From positions 188-64,187 of the forward strand of contig JAUVKF010000008.1 in the NCBI GenBank assembly GCA_030596395.1: DNA of 64,000 nucleotides, in the 5' to 3' direction. The stretch comes from Chlorobiota bacterium (GTDB lineage Bacteria; Bacteroidota; Bacteroidia; Bacteroidales; F082). Below the pieces are notes generated by a model. The model was not told where the DNA came from. It saw nothing but the letters and a program-made list of their open reading frames with translations, and ran no database searches. Of the stretch, positions 8,972-19,000 are shown in pieces. Both the position numbers and the translations under genes were made by a program. The stretch's first letter is position 1, and the number at the start of each line of letters is the position of its first letter.

Positions 8972-11900
8972 GTGAACCAGGAATATTACATACTCATCAA
9001 AAAGCTAAAAGGCTTTGTAAGCAAATACTACACGAATTTGATTATCAAGGGCCTGATTTTGAGTGTTGCGATTATTCTGACGATGTTTCTATTGGCCAAC
9101 ACATTCGAATATTTCGCTTGGAATAATATTCTTATCCGAACTATTCTATTTTATGTAATCAGTTCACTTACCTTGTTGATAGTAATCCTTTATGTTGCGA
9201 TTCCTTTATTCAAACTGGGAAAAATCGGAAAGACGTTGAATTTTCAGGAAGCCGCTAAAATTATTGGCGATCATTTTCCGAAGATTAGCGATAAGCTACT
9301 GAATACTATTCAGTTAAAATCAATTTACGAGGCTTCTGAGAGCAGTAAATCTGTTGAATTACTTTCCGCAAGTATTGATCAGCGGGCATCTGAACTAAGC
9401 CCGTTGCCATTTAAAAATGCCATAAATTTTAAACAAAACCTAAAGTATCTGAAGTTTATTGTCGCCCCGGTTCTTGTTATAGTTTTTATTTTAATTCTAT
9501 TTCCCGCATTCATTGTCGAACCATCAAACCGCATTGTAAACTACAATGAGCACTACACAAAACCATTACCATATACTTTACACATTGAAAATGAAAAATT
9601 AGAAGCGCTGCAAAAGGATGATTTTAACTTGATTGTAAGATCTGATGGGGCGGCTATTCCGGCAGAGATCTATATTCATGATGGGAATTACAGATATGCA
9701 ATGGCAGGCCATGCAAAAGGAAAATTTAGTTATACATTTAAAAGCCTGAGTAACGATATTTATTTTACGATTAACACTGATGATTATACAAGTGAAAGTT
9801 TCCACCTGACTGTCCTTCCAAAACCTACAATATACAGCTTTGATGTATTATTAAACTATCCTCATTACCTGAACCGAAAAAAAGATATAATTGAAAATTC
9901 AGGAGACTTAATAGTTCCTGAAGGCACTGACATTAAGTGGTTGATTTATACAAAGGACACAAGACAGATCATATTTAAACGGGAAGATGAGAAAATTCCT
10001 CTTGATGTTAGCGATAACAATATTTTTCAACATAGGATTAAAGCAGAATCAAACTTTTGGTATTCATTATTTGCTAAGAATGAACATGTAAAAATTCAAG
10101 ATTCATTAAGTTTTTCTGTTCAGGTAATAAAAGACGAGTATCCTTCTATTGAGGTAAGTCCTCTTCAGGACGAAACCCAATATGGTATTATTTTTTTTAA
10201 CGGTTCAATAAGTGATGATCATGGCTTTCACTCGCTAAAATTTTATTATCGAAAAGACAGTGTTATTGAAGTGGCATGGACGAGTATCGACCTGAGTATT
10301 GATAAAAGACTATCAAAACAGGCTTTTAGTTACGCTTTTCAATCCTCTGATTTAAATTTAATGCCGGGTGAAGGCATAACCTATTATTTTGAAGTTCGTG
10401 ATAATGATGAAATTAACGGTTTTAAAAGGGTAAAAACGAGTACGTACCAATTTCATTTAGATGGCATTGATGAAATTGAAGATAAATATGAAAATATTTC
10501 AGATAAAATCAAAGAAAAGATAGAAAATGCCCTTAAAGAATTAGAAAAACTAAACAGGGAACTTGAGGAGAAACGTGAAGATTTGTTTGAAAAAAAGGAA
10601 ATAAGCTGGACAGATAAAAAGCAATTGTCTGAACTACTGGAGAAGCAGGAAATAATTCAAAGCCAAATAAACGAGCTCAAGAAACTTAATGAAGAGTTAA
10701 GTAATTACGAAGATTTACTAAATAAAGAAAACAGTGAATTACTTGAAGATAAAATCGATGAACTAAATAAAATGTTCGATCAATTGTTAACAGAGGATTT
10801 GGAAAAAATGAAGGAGGATCTGGAAAAGATTGATAAAGAAAAAATAAGCGAACTCCTCCGAGCTCTTGAAAAGAGAAACGATGAATTAAAAACTGACCTT
10901 GAAAAAAACCTTGAAATTTATAAACAGCTCGAACTGGAAAAGAAAATACAAGAGTCAATAGATAAGCTTGATAAACTTGCTGAAGACCAAAATGAGTTGG
11001 CTGACAAAACTCTGGATAGTGAATTAGAGGAAGAACAAGCACTCAGCAAACAAGAAGAAATCAAAAAAAGATTTTCCGATATTGAAAAAGAACTTGAAGC
11101 AGCTGAAGAGTTAAATAGTACAATGGAGCAACCTTTTGATCTGAATACAGGTCATGAAATTAGAGATACTATTAATAACGAATTGAATCAAGCAAATTCA
11201 AAACTGAGTAAAGGCAAGCAGAAAAAGGCATCTCAAAATCAAAAACAGGCAGGAGAGAAAATGGAAAAGATGGCCAATGACCTGGGAATGATGATGCAAT
11301 CGGCAATGATGTCAAGGATGGGCGAAGATGCTGAAAAAATAAAGAAGATTTTAGACAATTTGCTTGATTTAAGTTTTAATCAGGAAAGTTTGATGGAGAT
11401 CATTAACGAAACAACCTTAAACGATCCAAAATATGTTGAGAATTTAGCTGAATTACAAATAATTAAGGATGGTTATCTGATTTTACACGATTCGTTGATC
11501 GCAATCAGTAAACGACAGATGGCTGTACAACAATTTATTGTCAGAGAATCAGACAAAATTAATTTGCATATTAACAGGGCTTTGCTATATTTGCAAGATA
11601 GAAGACGAGGTCAAGCCCTTAACGATCAGCAATATTCGATGACTTCGATGAACAATTTAGCGCTGATGTTATCAGAATCACTTGACCAAATGCAGGCCGG
11701 AATGAAAATGTCAGGTAAAAACCCTGGTCAGTCATGTCCAAACCCGGGAGAGGGTAGCCCTGGATCATTAGATGAAATACTAAAGATGCAACAGGGAATG
11801 AATCAGGGGATGGAAAAGGGTGAAGGAAAAAACGGCCTGGAAGGTGAGAAAGGACTTAATCAACAAACTGAAGCGCTGGCCAGAATGGCTGCTTTACAGA

Positions 11901-12298
11901 ACGAAATAAGAAAGAAGTTGGGTGAGTACCTTAAAGAGCTCGAAGGAAGTGAAGGGAGTAGCGGAGATTTGAGCAAACTGCTTGACGAAATGAGAAAAAC
12001 AGAGGAAGACATCGTCAACAGAAAAATTACGAAGGAAACGCTGGAAAGGCAAAAACATATAGAAGTAAGGCTGTTAAAATCTGAAAAGGCGAAACTGGAA
12101 CGGGAAAAAAAAGAAAAGCGAGAATCAATTGAAGGAATTAACAGAAAACGAACTGGCTCAGAAACAGATTTAAAATTACAAAACAAAAAAACAAACAAAG
12201 AGGACTTTTTACAAACCATTCCAATTGAATTAACGCCTTATTATAATGACTTGCTAAAAAAGTATTTGTACAAACTAGAAACTGATAATGGTAGCTAA
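8972..12298 (+). CDS. Large membrane-anchored coiled-coil protein (DUF4175-like, from memory only)
   Basis: 1108 aa with a GTG start. Two N-terminal TM helices and a third TM around residue 165. About 300 aa of Glu/Lys-rich heptad-like sequence (residues ~500-760). Gln/Met/Gly-rich tail. Confidence 0.6.
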   Translation: MNQEYYILIKKLKGFVSKYYTNLIIKGLILSVAIILTMFLLANTFEYFAWNNILIRTILFYVISSLTLLIVILYVAIPLFKLGKIGKTLNFQEAAKIIGDHFPKISDKLLNTIQLKSIYEASESSKSVELLSASIDQRASELSPLPFKNAINFKQNLKYLKFIVAPVLVIVFILILFPAFIVEPSNRIVNYNEHYTKPLPYTLHIENEKLEALQKDDFNLIVRSDGAAIPAEIYIHDGNYRYAMAGHAKGKFSYTFKSLSNDIYFTINTDDYTSESFHLTVLPKPTIYSFDVLLNYPHYLNRKKDIIENSGDLIVPEGTDIKWLIYTKDTRQIIFKREDEKIPLDVSDNNIFQHRIKAESNFWYSLFAKNEHVKIQDSLSFSVQVIKDEYPSIEVSPLQDETQYGIIFFNGSISDDHGFHSLKFYYRKDSVIEVAWTSIDLSIDKRLSKQAFSYAFQSSDLNLMPGEGITYYFEVRDNDEINGFKRVKTSTYQFHLDGIDEIEDKYENISDKIKEKIENALKELEKLNRELEEKREDLFEKKEISWTDKKQLSELLEKQEIIQSQINELKKLNEELSNYEDLLNKENSELLEDKIDELNKMFDQLLTEDLEKMKEDLEKIDKEKISELLRALEKRNDELKTDLEKNLEIYKQLELEKKIQESIDKLDKLAEDQNELADKTLDSELEEEQALSKQEEIKKRFSDIEKELEAAEELNSTMEQPFDLNTGHEIRDTINNELNQANSKLSKGKQKKASQNQKQAGEKMEKMANDLGMMMQSAMMSRMGEDAEKIKKILDNLLDLSFNQESLMEIINETTLNDPKYVENLAELQIIKDGYLILHDSLIAISKRQMAVQQFIVRESDKINLHINRALLYLQDRRRGQALNDQQYSMTSMNNLALMLSESLDQMQAGMKMSGKNPGQSCPNPGEGSPGSLDEILKMQQGMNQGMEKGEGKNGLEGEKGLNQQTEALARMAALQNEIRKKLGEYLKELEGSEGSSGDLSKLLDEMRKTEEDIVNRKITKETLERQKHIEVRLLKSEKAKLEREKKEKRESIEGINRKRTGSETDLKLQNKKTNKEDFLQTIPIELTPYYNDLLKKYLYKLETDNGS

Positions 12299-12773
12299 AG
12301 AACAAGCGTTAGAATTACAAATCGAGGATCAATCGCTAACACAAATCGAACATTTTGTTGATCATCTCTGCGACAAATTAATGATCAATGATGCATATTT
12401 TGGGAATATATTGATGTCCCTGAATGAATTTTTTAGCCTGTTGATTGACTTGCAGACGCAGAAGAACGTAAAGATTTCATATATAACAGATTACCAACGA
12501 CTTACGGTAAAATTCCAACCTATTGATAAAGAGATAGTTGAGGCTCTTGAAAGCGAGGTAGATCTAACGAATGTCATTGATTCTGAGGTAAATAAAAGGA
12601 TATTTATTCTTAATAAACTGGCAGACAGCATTATAATTAGTGACGACAGCTCTGTTTCACTGGTGTTCGATATAAGCGCATTACATAGCATTGTGTATGA
12701 TGATAGAAAGAAAAAACTACAGGCGTTTTATCGAAAGAAAGAAAAGAAAACAATAGCTGATAGTAATGATTAG
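12288..12773 (+). CDS. Hypothetical protein
   Basis: 161-aa ORF that overlaps the upstream gene by 11 nt and ybeY by 8 nt, an operon-like arrangement. No conserved catalytic motif seen. Confidence 0.5.
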   Translation: MVAKEQALELQIEDQSLTQIEHFVDHLCDKLMINDAYFGNILMSLNEFFSLLIDLQTQKNVKISYITDYQRLTVKFQPIDKEIVEALESEVDLTNVIDSEVNKRIFILNKLADSIIISDDSSVSLVFDISALHSIVYDDRKKKLQAFYRKKEKKTIADSND

Positions 12774-13188
12774 CTTTAAAAGTATAAAAGCCGGCTTTGA
12801 ATTAAAAGATCCGGCTTTTTTTAGGAGCTGGCTAAAGGTGGTCATAAAAATAGAAGCAAAAAGAAAATTAGGCGAAATACAATATATTTTTTGTGATGAT
12901 AAGTATTTGTTATTAATTAATAAGAAGTTTTTAAAACATGATACATTAACAGATATTATTACATTTTCGTCCTCAGCAAATTCAAAAAGCATTATATCCG
13001 GCGAAATTTATATTAGTATTGAGCGGATAGAAGAAAACATGAAATTATACAGAAGTAACTTTCAAACAGAATTCTCACGAGTGCTTGTCCATGGTTTGCT
13101 GCATTTATTAGGTTATAATGATAGCACACCAGATGAAAAAACAATAATGCAAAAAAAAGAGGATTATTACCTAAATTTGCAGCCCTAA
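12766..13188 (+). CDS. ybeY: rRNA maturation endoribonuclease YbeY
   Basis: HGLLHLLGYND zinc-binding H-x-x-x-H-x-x-x-x-x-H motif. 140 aa. Confidence 0.9.
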   Translation: MISFKSIKAGFELKDPAFFRSWLKVVIKIEAKRKLGEIQYIFCDDKYLLLINKKFLKHDTLTDIITFSSSANSKSIISGEIYISIERIEENMKLYRSNFQTEFSRVLVHGLLHLLGYNDSTPDEKTIMQKKEDYYLNLQP

Positions 13189-13201
13189 AAAATATCTTGA
13201 T

Positions 13202-13217
13202 TGTTTCACGTGAAACA
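13202..13217. promoter_or_regulatory. parS centromere-like site (perfect palindrome)
   Basis: TGTTTCACGTGAAACA is a perfect 16-bp palindrome matching the ParB/Spo0J parS consensus tGTTNCACGTGAAACa at every specified position. It lies in the ybeY-mnmG spacer. Confidence 0.75.
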
Positions 13218-13224
13218 AACACCA

Positions 13225-15093
13225 ATGTTTGAAAAATACGACATCATCATTGTCGGTGCCGGTCATAGTGGCTCTGAGGCTGCTGCCGCCGCCGCTAATT
13301 TAGGCTCCAGGGTTCTGTTGGTCACCATGAACATGAATACTATTGCCCAAATGTCATGTAATCCAGCCATGGGTGGAATTGCTAAAGGACAAATCGTTCG
13401 GGAAATAGATGCATTGGGAGGCTATTCAGGATTGGTTACCGATAAAACAATGATACAGTTCCGGATGCTGAATAAATCAAAAGGCCCGGCAATGTGGAGC
13501 CCAAGAGCTCAAAGCGACAGGATGCTTTTTTCGACAGAGTGGAGAGATATGCTTGAGCGCACCTCCAACCTTGATTTTTGGCAGGATATGGTAGTCGGCC
13601 TAATTGTAAAAGACCGGAGGGTTTTGGGTGTCCGTACGGAAATGGGGCATGAAATATTCACTAAAGCAGTTATTTTAACAAACGGCACTTTTCTTAATGG
13701 TAAAATTCATGTTGGAAAGAAAAATTTTGGAGGAGGGCGTATTGGAGATCCGGCCAGCTATGGATTAACTGAGGAAATAAAGAGTCTGGGATTTGAAACG
13801 GCTCGTTTAAAAACAGGAACACCGGTCAGGGTGGACGGTAGAACGATAGATTTTTCAAAAATGGAAGAGCAGGTAGGTGATGATAAACCTGGTAATTTTT
13901 CCTTCCTGAAGAAAACCAAACTAACTAAACAAAGGAGCTGCTGGATTACTTATACCTCCCCAAAGGTGCATGACGTTTTAAAACTTGGGTTTAATGACTC
14001 ACCTATGTTTTCTGGCACAATTGAAGGAACAGGCCCGCGATATTGCCCTTCTATCGAAGATAAAATAGAACGTTTTTCTGATAAGAGTGGCCACCAATTA
14101 TTTGTTGAACCCGAAGGCTGGAATACTGTTGAGTATTATGTGAACGGATTCTCTTCTTCTCTTCCTGATCATATACAGTTAAAAGCGCTGCGCAAAATTG
14201 CCGGTTTCGAAAAGGCAAAAATATTCCGGCCTGGTTATGCCATTGAATATGATTACTTCTCTCCTACCCAGCTGAAGCACACTTTAGAGACAAAAACAAT
14301 TGAAGGATTATATTTTGCCGGCCAAATAAATGGAACAACAGGATATGAAGAGGCTGCAGCCCAGGGATTAATGGCAGGAGTGAACGCACATCTCAAAATT
14401 AATGAAAGAGAAGAGTTTATATTAAAACGTCGAGAGGCGTATATTGGTGTTTTAATTGATGACCTGGTTACAAAGGGGGTAGATGAACCATATAGAATGT
14501 TTACTTCCCGGGCAGAATACCGCATTTTACTCAGGCAAGACAATGCTGATGCACGATTGACACCAAGGTCATTCGAATTAGGGCTGGCATCTGCCGAGCG
14601 ATATGCAATGGTTCGCAATAAGACTGCTAATGTTTCCAGGCTTATAAAATATTTAATATCGGAAAGCATTGCCCCCGATGATATCAACTCTTTTTTGATT
14701 GCGAATGGAACCTCTCCCCTCAAACAAAAAGTCAAAATGGCTACGTTACTGTTAAGACCACAAATTGGCCTCAATATGATGATTAAAGCAAATACAGCAC
14801 TACAGAATTTTGTTTCTATTAATGAGTTTGAGGAAGATGTATTGGAAGAAGCCGAAATAAGCATTAAATATGATGGTTATATCACGAAAGAAAAGGAAAT
14901 GGCAAATAAACTCGCCAGGCTTGAAGACATCCCGTTAAAGGAAGATTTTGATTATCAAAAATTAAAATCACTTTCATTTGAAGCGCGTGAAAAGTTAGAA
15001 AAAATACGACCGCGAACAATAGGACAGGCTTCAAGGATCAGTGGAGTTTCGCCATCTGACATTAACGTATTGGCAGTGTATATTGGAAAATAG
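13225..15093 (+). CDS. mnmG: tRNA uridine-5-carboxymethylaminomethyl modification enzyme MnmG (GidA)
   Basis: [23 protein letters not shown]-binding N-terminus, full-length GidA-like sequence. The start is moved to ATG 13225 because the TTG 13201 extension is just the translated parS site. Confidence 0.93.
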   Translation: MFEKYDIIIVGAGHSGSEAAAAAANLGSRVLLVTMNMNTIAQMSCNPAMGGIAKGQIVREIDALGGYSGLVTDKTMIQFRMLNKSKGPAMWSPRAQSDRMLFSTEWRDMLERTSNLDFWQDMVVGLIVKDRRVLGVRTEMGHEIFTKAVILTNGTFLNGKIHVGKKNFGGGRIGDPASYGLTEEIKSLGFETARLKTGTPVRVDGRTIDFSKMEEQVGDDKPGNFSFLKKTKLTKQRSCWITYTSPKVHDVLKLGFNDSPMFSGTIEGTGPRYCPSIEDKIERFSDKSGHQLFVEPEGWNTVEYYVNGFSSSLPDHIQLKALRKIAGFEKAKIFRPGYAIEYDYFSPTQLKHTLETKTIEGLYFAGQINGTTGYEEAAAQGLMAGVNAHLKINEREEFILKRREAYIGVLIDDLVTKGVDEPYRMFTSRAEYRILLRQDNADARLTPRSFELGLASAERYAMVRNKTANVSRLIKYLISESIAPDDINSFLIANGTSPLKQKVKMATLLLRPQIGLNMMIKANTALQNFVSINEFEEDVLEEAEISIKYDGYITKEKEMANKLARLEDIPLKEDFDYQKLKSLSFEAREKLEKIRPRTIGQASRISGVSPSDINVLAVYIGK

Positions 15094-15100
15094 CAAAAAC

Positions 15101-15116
15101 CGTTTCACGTGGAACA
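15101..15116. promoter_or_regulatory. parS centromere-like site (15/16 match)
   Basis: CGTTTCACGTGGAACA. Bases 2-16 are identical to the reverse complement of the Bacillus-type parS TGTTCCACGTGAAACA. It sits directly after the mnmG stop and covers the GTG start of the next gene. Confidence 0.7.
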
Positions 15117-16005
15117 AAGCAACAAGAAAGTACAATTAAAGGAATGTCCGATATGTAGAAATCAGGATCTTTCACTTGTTATAAATACCGCAGATCATTT
15201 TCTTACAAACGAAAAGTTTGACCTTGTAAAATGCAATCAATGCAGCCTTGTCTTTACAAACCCAATACCAACCAGAGATCACCTCGGTTCTTATTATGAA
15301 TCAAATGAATATTTATCGCACAAACCTGAGCAGAAAAGCCTCCGGAATTTTGTTTATCGATTGGTAAGAAAAATTAACATAAACCGAAAATATCGCTTGG
15401 TTTCAGGTTATCAAGCATCAGGAAGTCTGCTGGAGATTGGAATAGGAACCGGAGAATTGCTAAATCATTTTAATCAAAATGGATGGGAAACCACAGGAAT
15501 TGAGCCAAATGAATCAGCAAGAAAATATGCAATAAACAATTATAAGTTGGATGTTTTTGAAGAAAGCAAACTAACTGATCTACCTGAAAACAGCTTTGAT
15601 GTTATCATGTTGTGGCATGTAATGGAGCATGTATATGATCTTCATGAAAGGATGCAACAAATAAAAAAATTACTCAAAAAAAACGGATTTGTTTTTATTG
15701 CAGTACCAAATCTGGACGCACCAGATTTTAAAAGGTACAAAGAATATTGGGCTGGTTTGGATGTTCCAAGGCATTTATATCATTTTACCGAAAGCTCAAT
15801 AAGTAAGTTGGTAAATCGTTATTCATTAAATATTATTGCTAAATATCCAATGAAGTTTGATGCCTATTATGTTTCCTTGCTAAGCGAAAAGTATTTAGGT
15901 AACCACTTACCTTATTTTTCCGCATTAATAAATGGTTTTAAATCAAACAAAGAAGCAAAAACGAAGAATAATTATTCTAGTATGATATTTGTTATATCTG
16001 AATAA
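15109..16005 (+). CDS. Class I SAM-dependent methyltransferase with N-terminal zinc ribbon
   Basis: CPICRN...CNQC zinc ribbon, SAM motif I LLEIGIGTGELL, and DVIMLWHVMEHV (motif IV region). GTG is the only plausible in-frame start. Confidence 0.75.
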   Translation: MEQSNKKVQLKECPICRNQDLSLVINTADHFLTNEKFDLVKCNQCSLVFTNPIPTRDHLGSYYESNEYLSHKPEQKSLRNFVYRLVRKININRKYRLVSGYQASGSLLEIGIGTGELLNHFNQNGWETTGIEPNESARKYAINNYKLDVFEESKLTDLPENSFDVIMLWHVMEHVYDLHERMQQIKKLLKKNGFVFIAVPNLDAPDFKRYKEYWAGLDVPRHLYHFTESSISKLVNRYSLNIIAKYPMKFDAYYVSLLSEKYLGNHLPYFSALINGFKSNKEAKTKNNYSSMIFVISE

Positions 16006-16049
16006 TAGTTACTTTTAGTTAAGAAATATTACTCAACTAGTTTCATAAA

Positions 16050-19000
16050 ATGTCATTAGGACGTAAACCCTCAATACTAAATTTACCCCGTACTTATTTT
16101 GTAATAGCAATCATTTTTGTTTTACTATTTACAATTGTCTATTATTATTCTAATACACTGACCAGGAACGAAAGAATAGTTGGAAACCTGGAAAAATCAC
16201 TAGCGGGCGAGCTGAAAATGTTTGATATTAAGGGAAATGATATAGTTTCAATATTAGAAAGTACAGATACTAATTATTGGCCAAAACTTGAAAGAGTGGT
16301 TGATAAAAATGGATTGTTTATTCAGGTTTACCTGAATGATTCTCTTATATTTTGGAACAGCAATCAAATTTTAACAAACCTTTCCAATATTGAATTGGCC
16401 AACTACAACCTTATTGAAGATCATAAAGGCTGGTACACCGTATATTACAAAGAGAGCAACAAGTTTAAAATAATCATTTATGAAAGAATAAAATCCAATT
16501 GCCCTGCTAATAATAAATTTCTAAACAACTTCATAACAGCGGGCAATGTAAACTGTGATAGCATCATGTTCACAAAAGATCAATCAAAAAGTGAATATCT
16601 TGTTAGCGCTATAGATGGAAGTTTCTTGATAGGAGTTTATTTCATTGGTAAAAGCTCTGTCAGTGATCAAATGATTCTGTACTTGTTTGGATTGTTTTTA
16701 GCTGCATATATTTTTATCATTGTATGGATTGCAAGCCTTTATAATATTTTTAAGAATTATTTGAAGAATGAATTTCTCGTTTTCATATTCTTCTTCATTG
16801 ACTTAATACTCATTCGTAGTATTGAATATTTTATTGAATTTCCTGCAATTCTCAAGGATTCATATCTGTTTACCGATCAGTTCGAAATATTGTTTTCATT
16901 TAATTCAGTGGGAGATCTTTTGATTAATTCAATATTTATCCTTCTCGTCTCTATCCAATTTTATAGGGTATTTGATTTTCGGTTTGTGCAAAAAGTTAAA
17001 AATAAACCGTTTATATATACACTATTAATAAATAGCTTTCAAATTATTATTACAATTGGCCTTTTGTATGTTGTTTGTCTGGTAATTGAAAAGCAACCCT
17101 ACAATTCCTTTTATGGTTTTGATCTTAATGGGGTAGGAGTTTTTATAAGTTTGTTATCATTACTCATTCTTGTCTCCTCATTGTTCCTTATTAATCATTC
17201 TTTTGTAAGATATCTAATAGCCTTTAGGCAACCGCTTTATAAACAGTTAATTGGGATATTATTAATTGCCTTTTTTGCTCATTATCTTTTTGCTATAAGT
17301 CTGGAAATAGTAGTTATTTCAATAATTTTTCTTTTTCTGGTACTCATGGTTTATTATTATTTATCAGATAATGAAAAACACAGTTTTTACAAATACCTTC
17401 TCCTGATAATTATATATGCTTCAAGCACAACATATGTAATAAATATCGCCAGAGAAACAATTAAAAATAACCATCAATATTTCACACTTGATGCTCTTTC
17501 GGATTCTCACGATCCATTGCTGGAAAATACATTTGCTGATTTTGGAGGTTTGATTAAAAAGGACACTCTTGTTATTGAGCTATTAACGAACAGTACTACC
17601 AATAACAAGGCCGGTATCGAGAACTATTTACAGACAGAATATTTCTCTTCGATATCTGATAAATACAATATTCAGATAACAATTTGTAAGGCTGATGAAA
17701 TGCTGGAAATAAAACCCGAAGGAATTATTATTAATTGTTCAAGTTACTTTGAAGGATTAATCCGTGATTATGAAAGCGACAGGATTAATAGTGATCTATA
17801 TTTAATATACGGAGAACCGGGAAGTACATATTATGTGGGTCGAAACACGTTGAGTGTTGATGGTGAAACGATAACATTATTTATTGAGTTTTTCTTTACG
17901 TATATACCAGAAGGATTGGGCTACCCTGAGTTGTTGGTAAATAATGCAGCTTTAGATATTGATTTGACGGGGTATTCATTTGCTCGCTATGAAAATAATC
18001 AACTTGTAAATAAGTTCGGAGATTATCCATACTTAACAAGTTTTATTAATATGGAAAAGTTCGCAGATAATGAGCTGTTTAGTTTGCATAAATTCAGGCA
18101 TATTAAACATAAATTATCCGATGATAACTATCTGATAATTAGCAGGACAAATGAAAATATTTCGGTACAACTTGTAACTTTTTCAGTACTTTTTGTTATT
18201 TATATTTCAATAGTATTTGTGGTGGTTTTGGTGTTGTTCGGAAGACAGACAATCAACTTAATCCGATTGAGTTTTCAGGCAAGGCTGCAAATGATATTCC
18301 TGTCCACTATATCGTTAATAATCATTGTGCTAACAGCGATAACTTTGTTTTACGCCGATATTGATAACAAAAACCGGCTTGTAAATCAATTATCGGAAAA
18401 AACAAATTCAGTAATTATTGAGTTACAGCATAAGCTTAGCGAAGAGATAGATTTTTATCAAATTGACCCAACTGAACTGGAGTATTTACTTCAAAAGTTT
18501 TCACTAGTGTTTTTTTCGGATATCAATCTTTACAGTCCGTCAGGAGAGCTAATTTCCACTTCACGGCCCGAAATATTTAAACGGGGATTATTATCAGAAA
18601 TGGTAAATCCAATGGCATACGAAGAATTGTTTATCAAAAATGAATTGTTTTTTATTACGCAAGAAAAAATTGGTAAAACATCATATTATTCAGCATATGC
18701 TCCAATAATGTTAAGTGGTAGTCAGCCTGCCGGAATGATAAACTTACCCTACTTTGCAAAGCAATCAGAAGTAAGCCGATCGTATTATTTAATGATATTT
18801 ACATTTATCAATTTATTTGTTATTCTGGGGATTATCGGGTCAATTATAGCAATTTTCTTATCGAGATTTATTACCAGGCCGCTGGCTGTTTTGCAGCAAA
18901 ACCTTTCTGCAATTCAAATTGATAAGCGAAATGAAATGATTGTGTGGAAAAGCAATGATGAAATTGGCCAGCTCATTGCTGCCTATAATGATATGATTGA

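Noticed and set aside
10686-12219. Minus-strand ORFs (118 and 119 aa) inside the coiled-coil gene
   Set aside because: Antisense to GAA/AAA-rich coiled-coil codons, which automatically gives open Phe/Ser/Leu-rich frames. They are not credible genes.
13201-13224. TTG-initiated N-terminal extension of mnmG (MFHVKQTP) on the ORF track
   Set aside because: The extension is simply the translated parS palindrome. The canonical MnmG N-terminus ([12 protein letters not shown] shortly after the Met) starts at ATG 13225.
14253-14864. 203-aa minus-strand ORF inside mnmG
   Set aside because: Shadow ORF antisense to a highly conserved gene, with a Ser/Ile-rich low-complexity translation and no independent signals.
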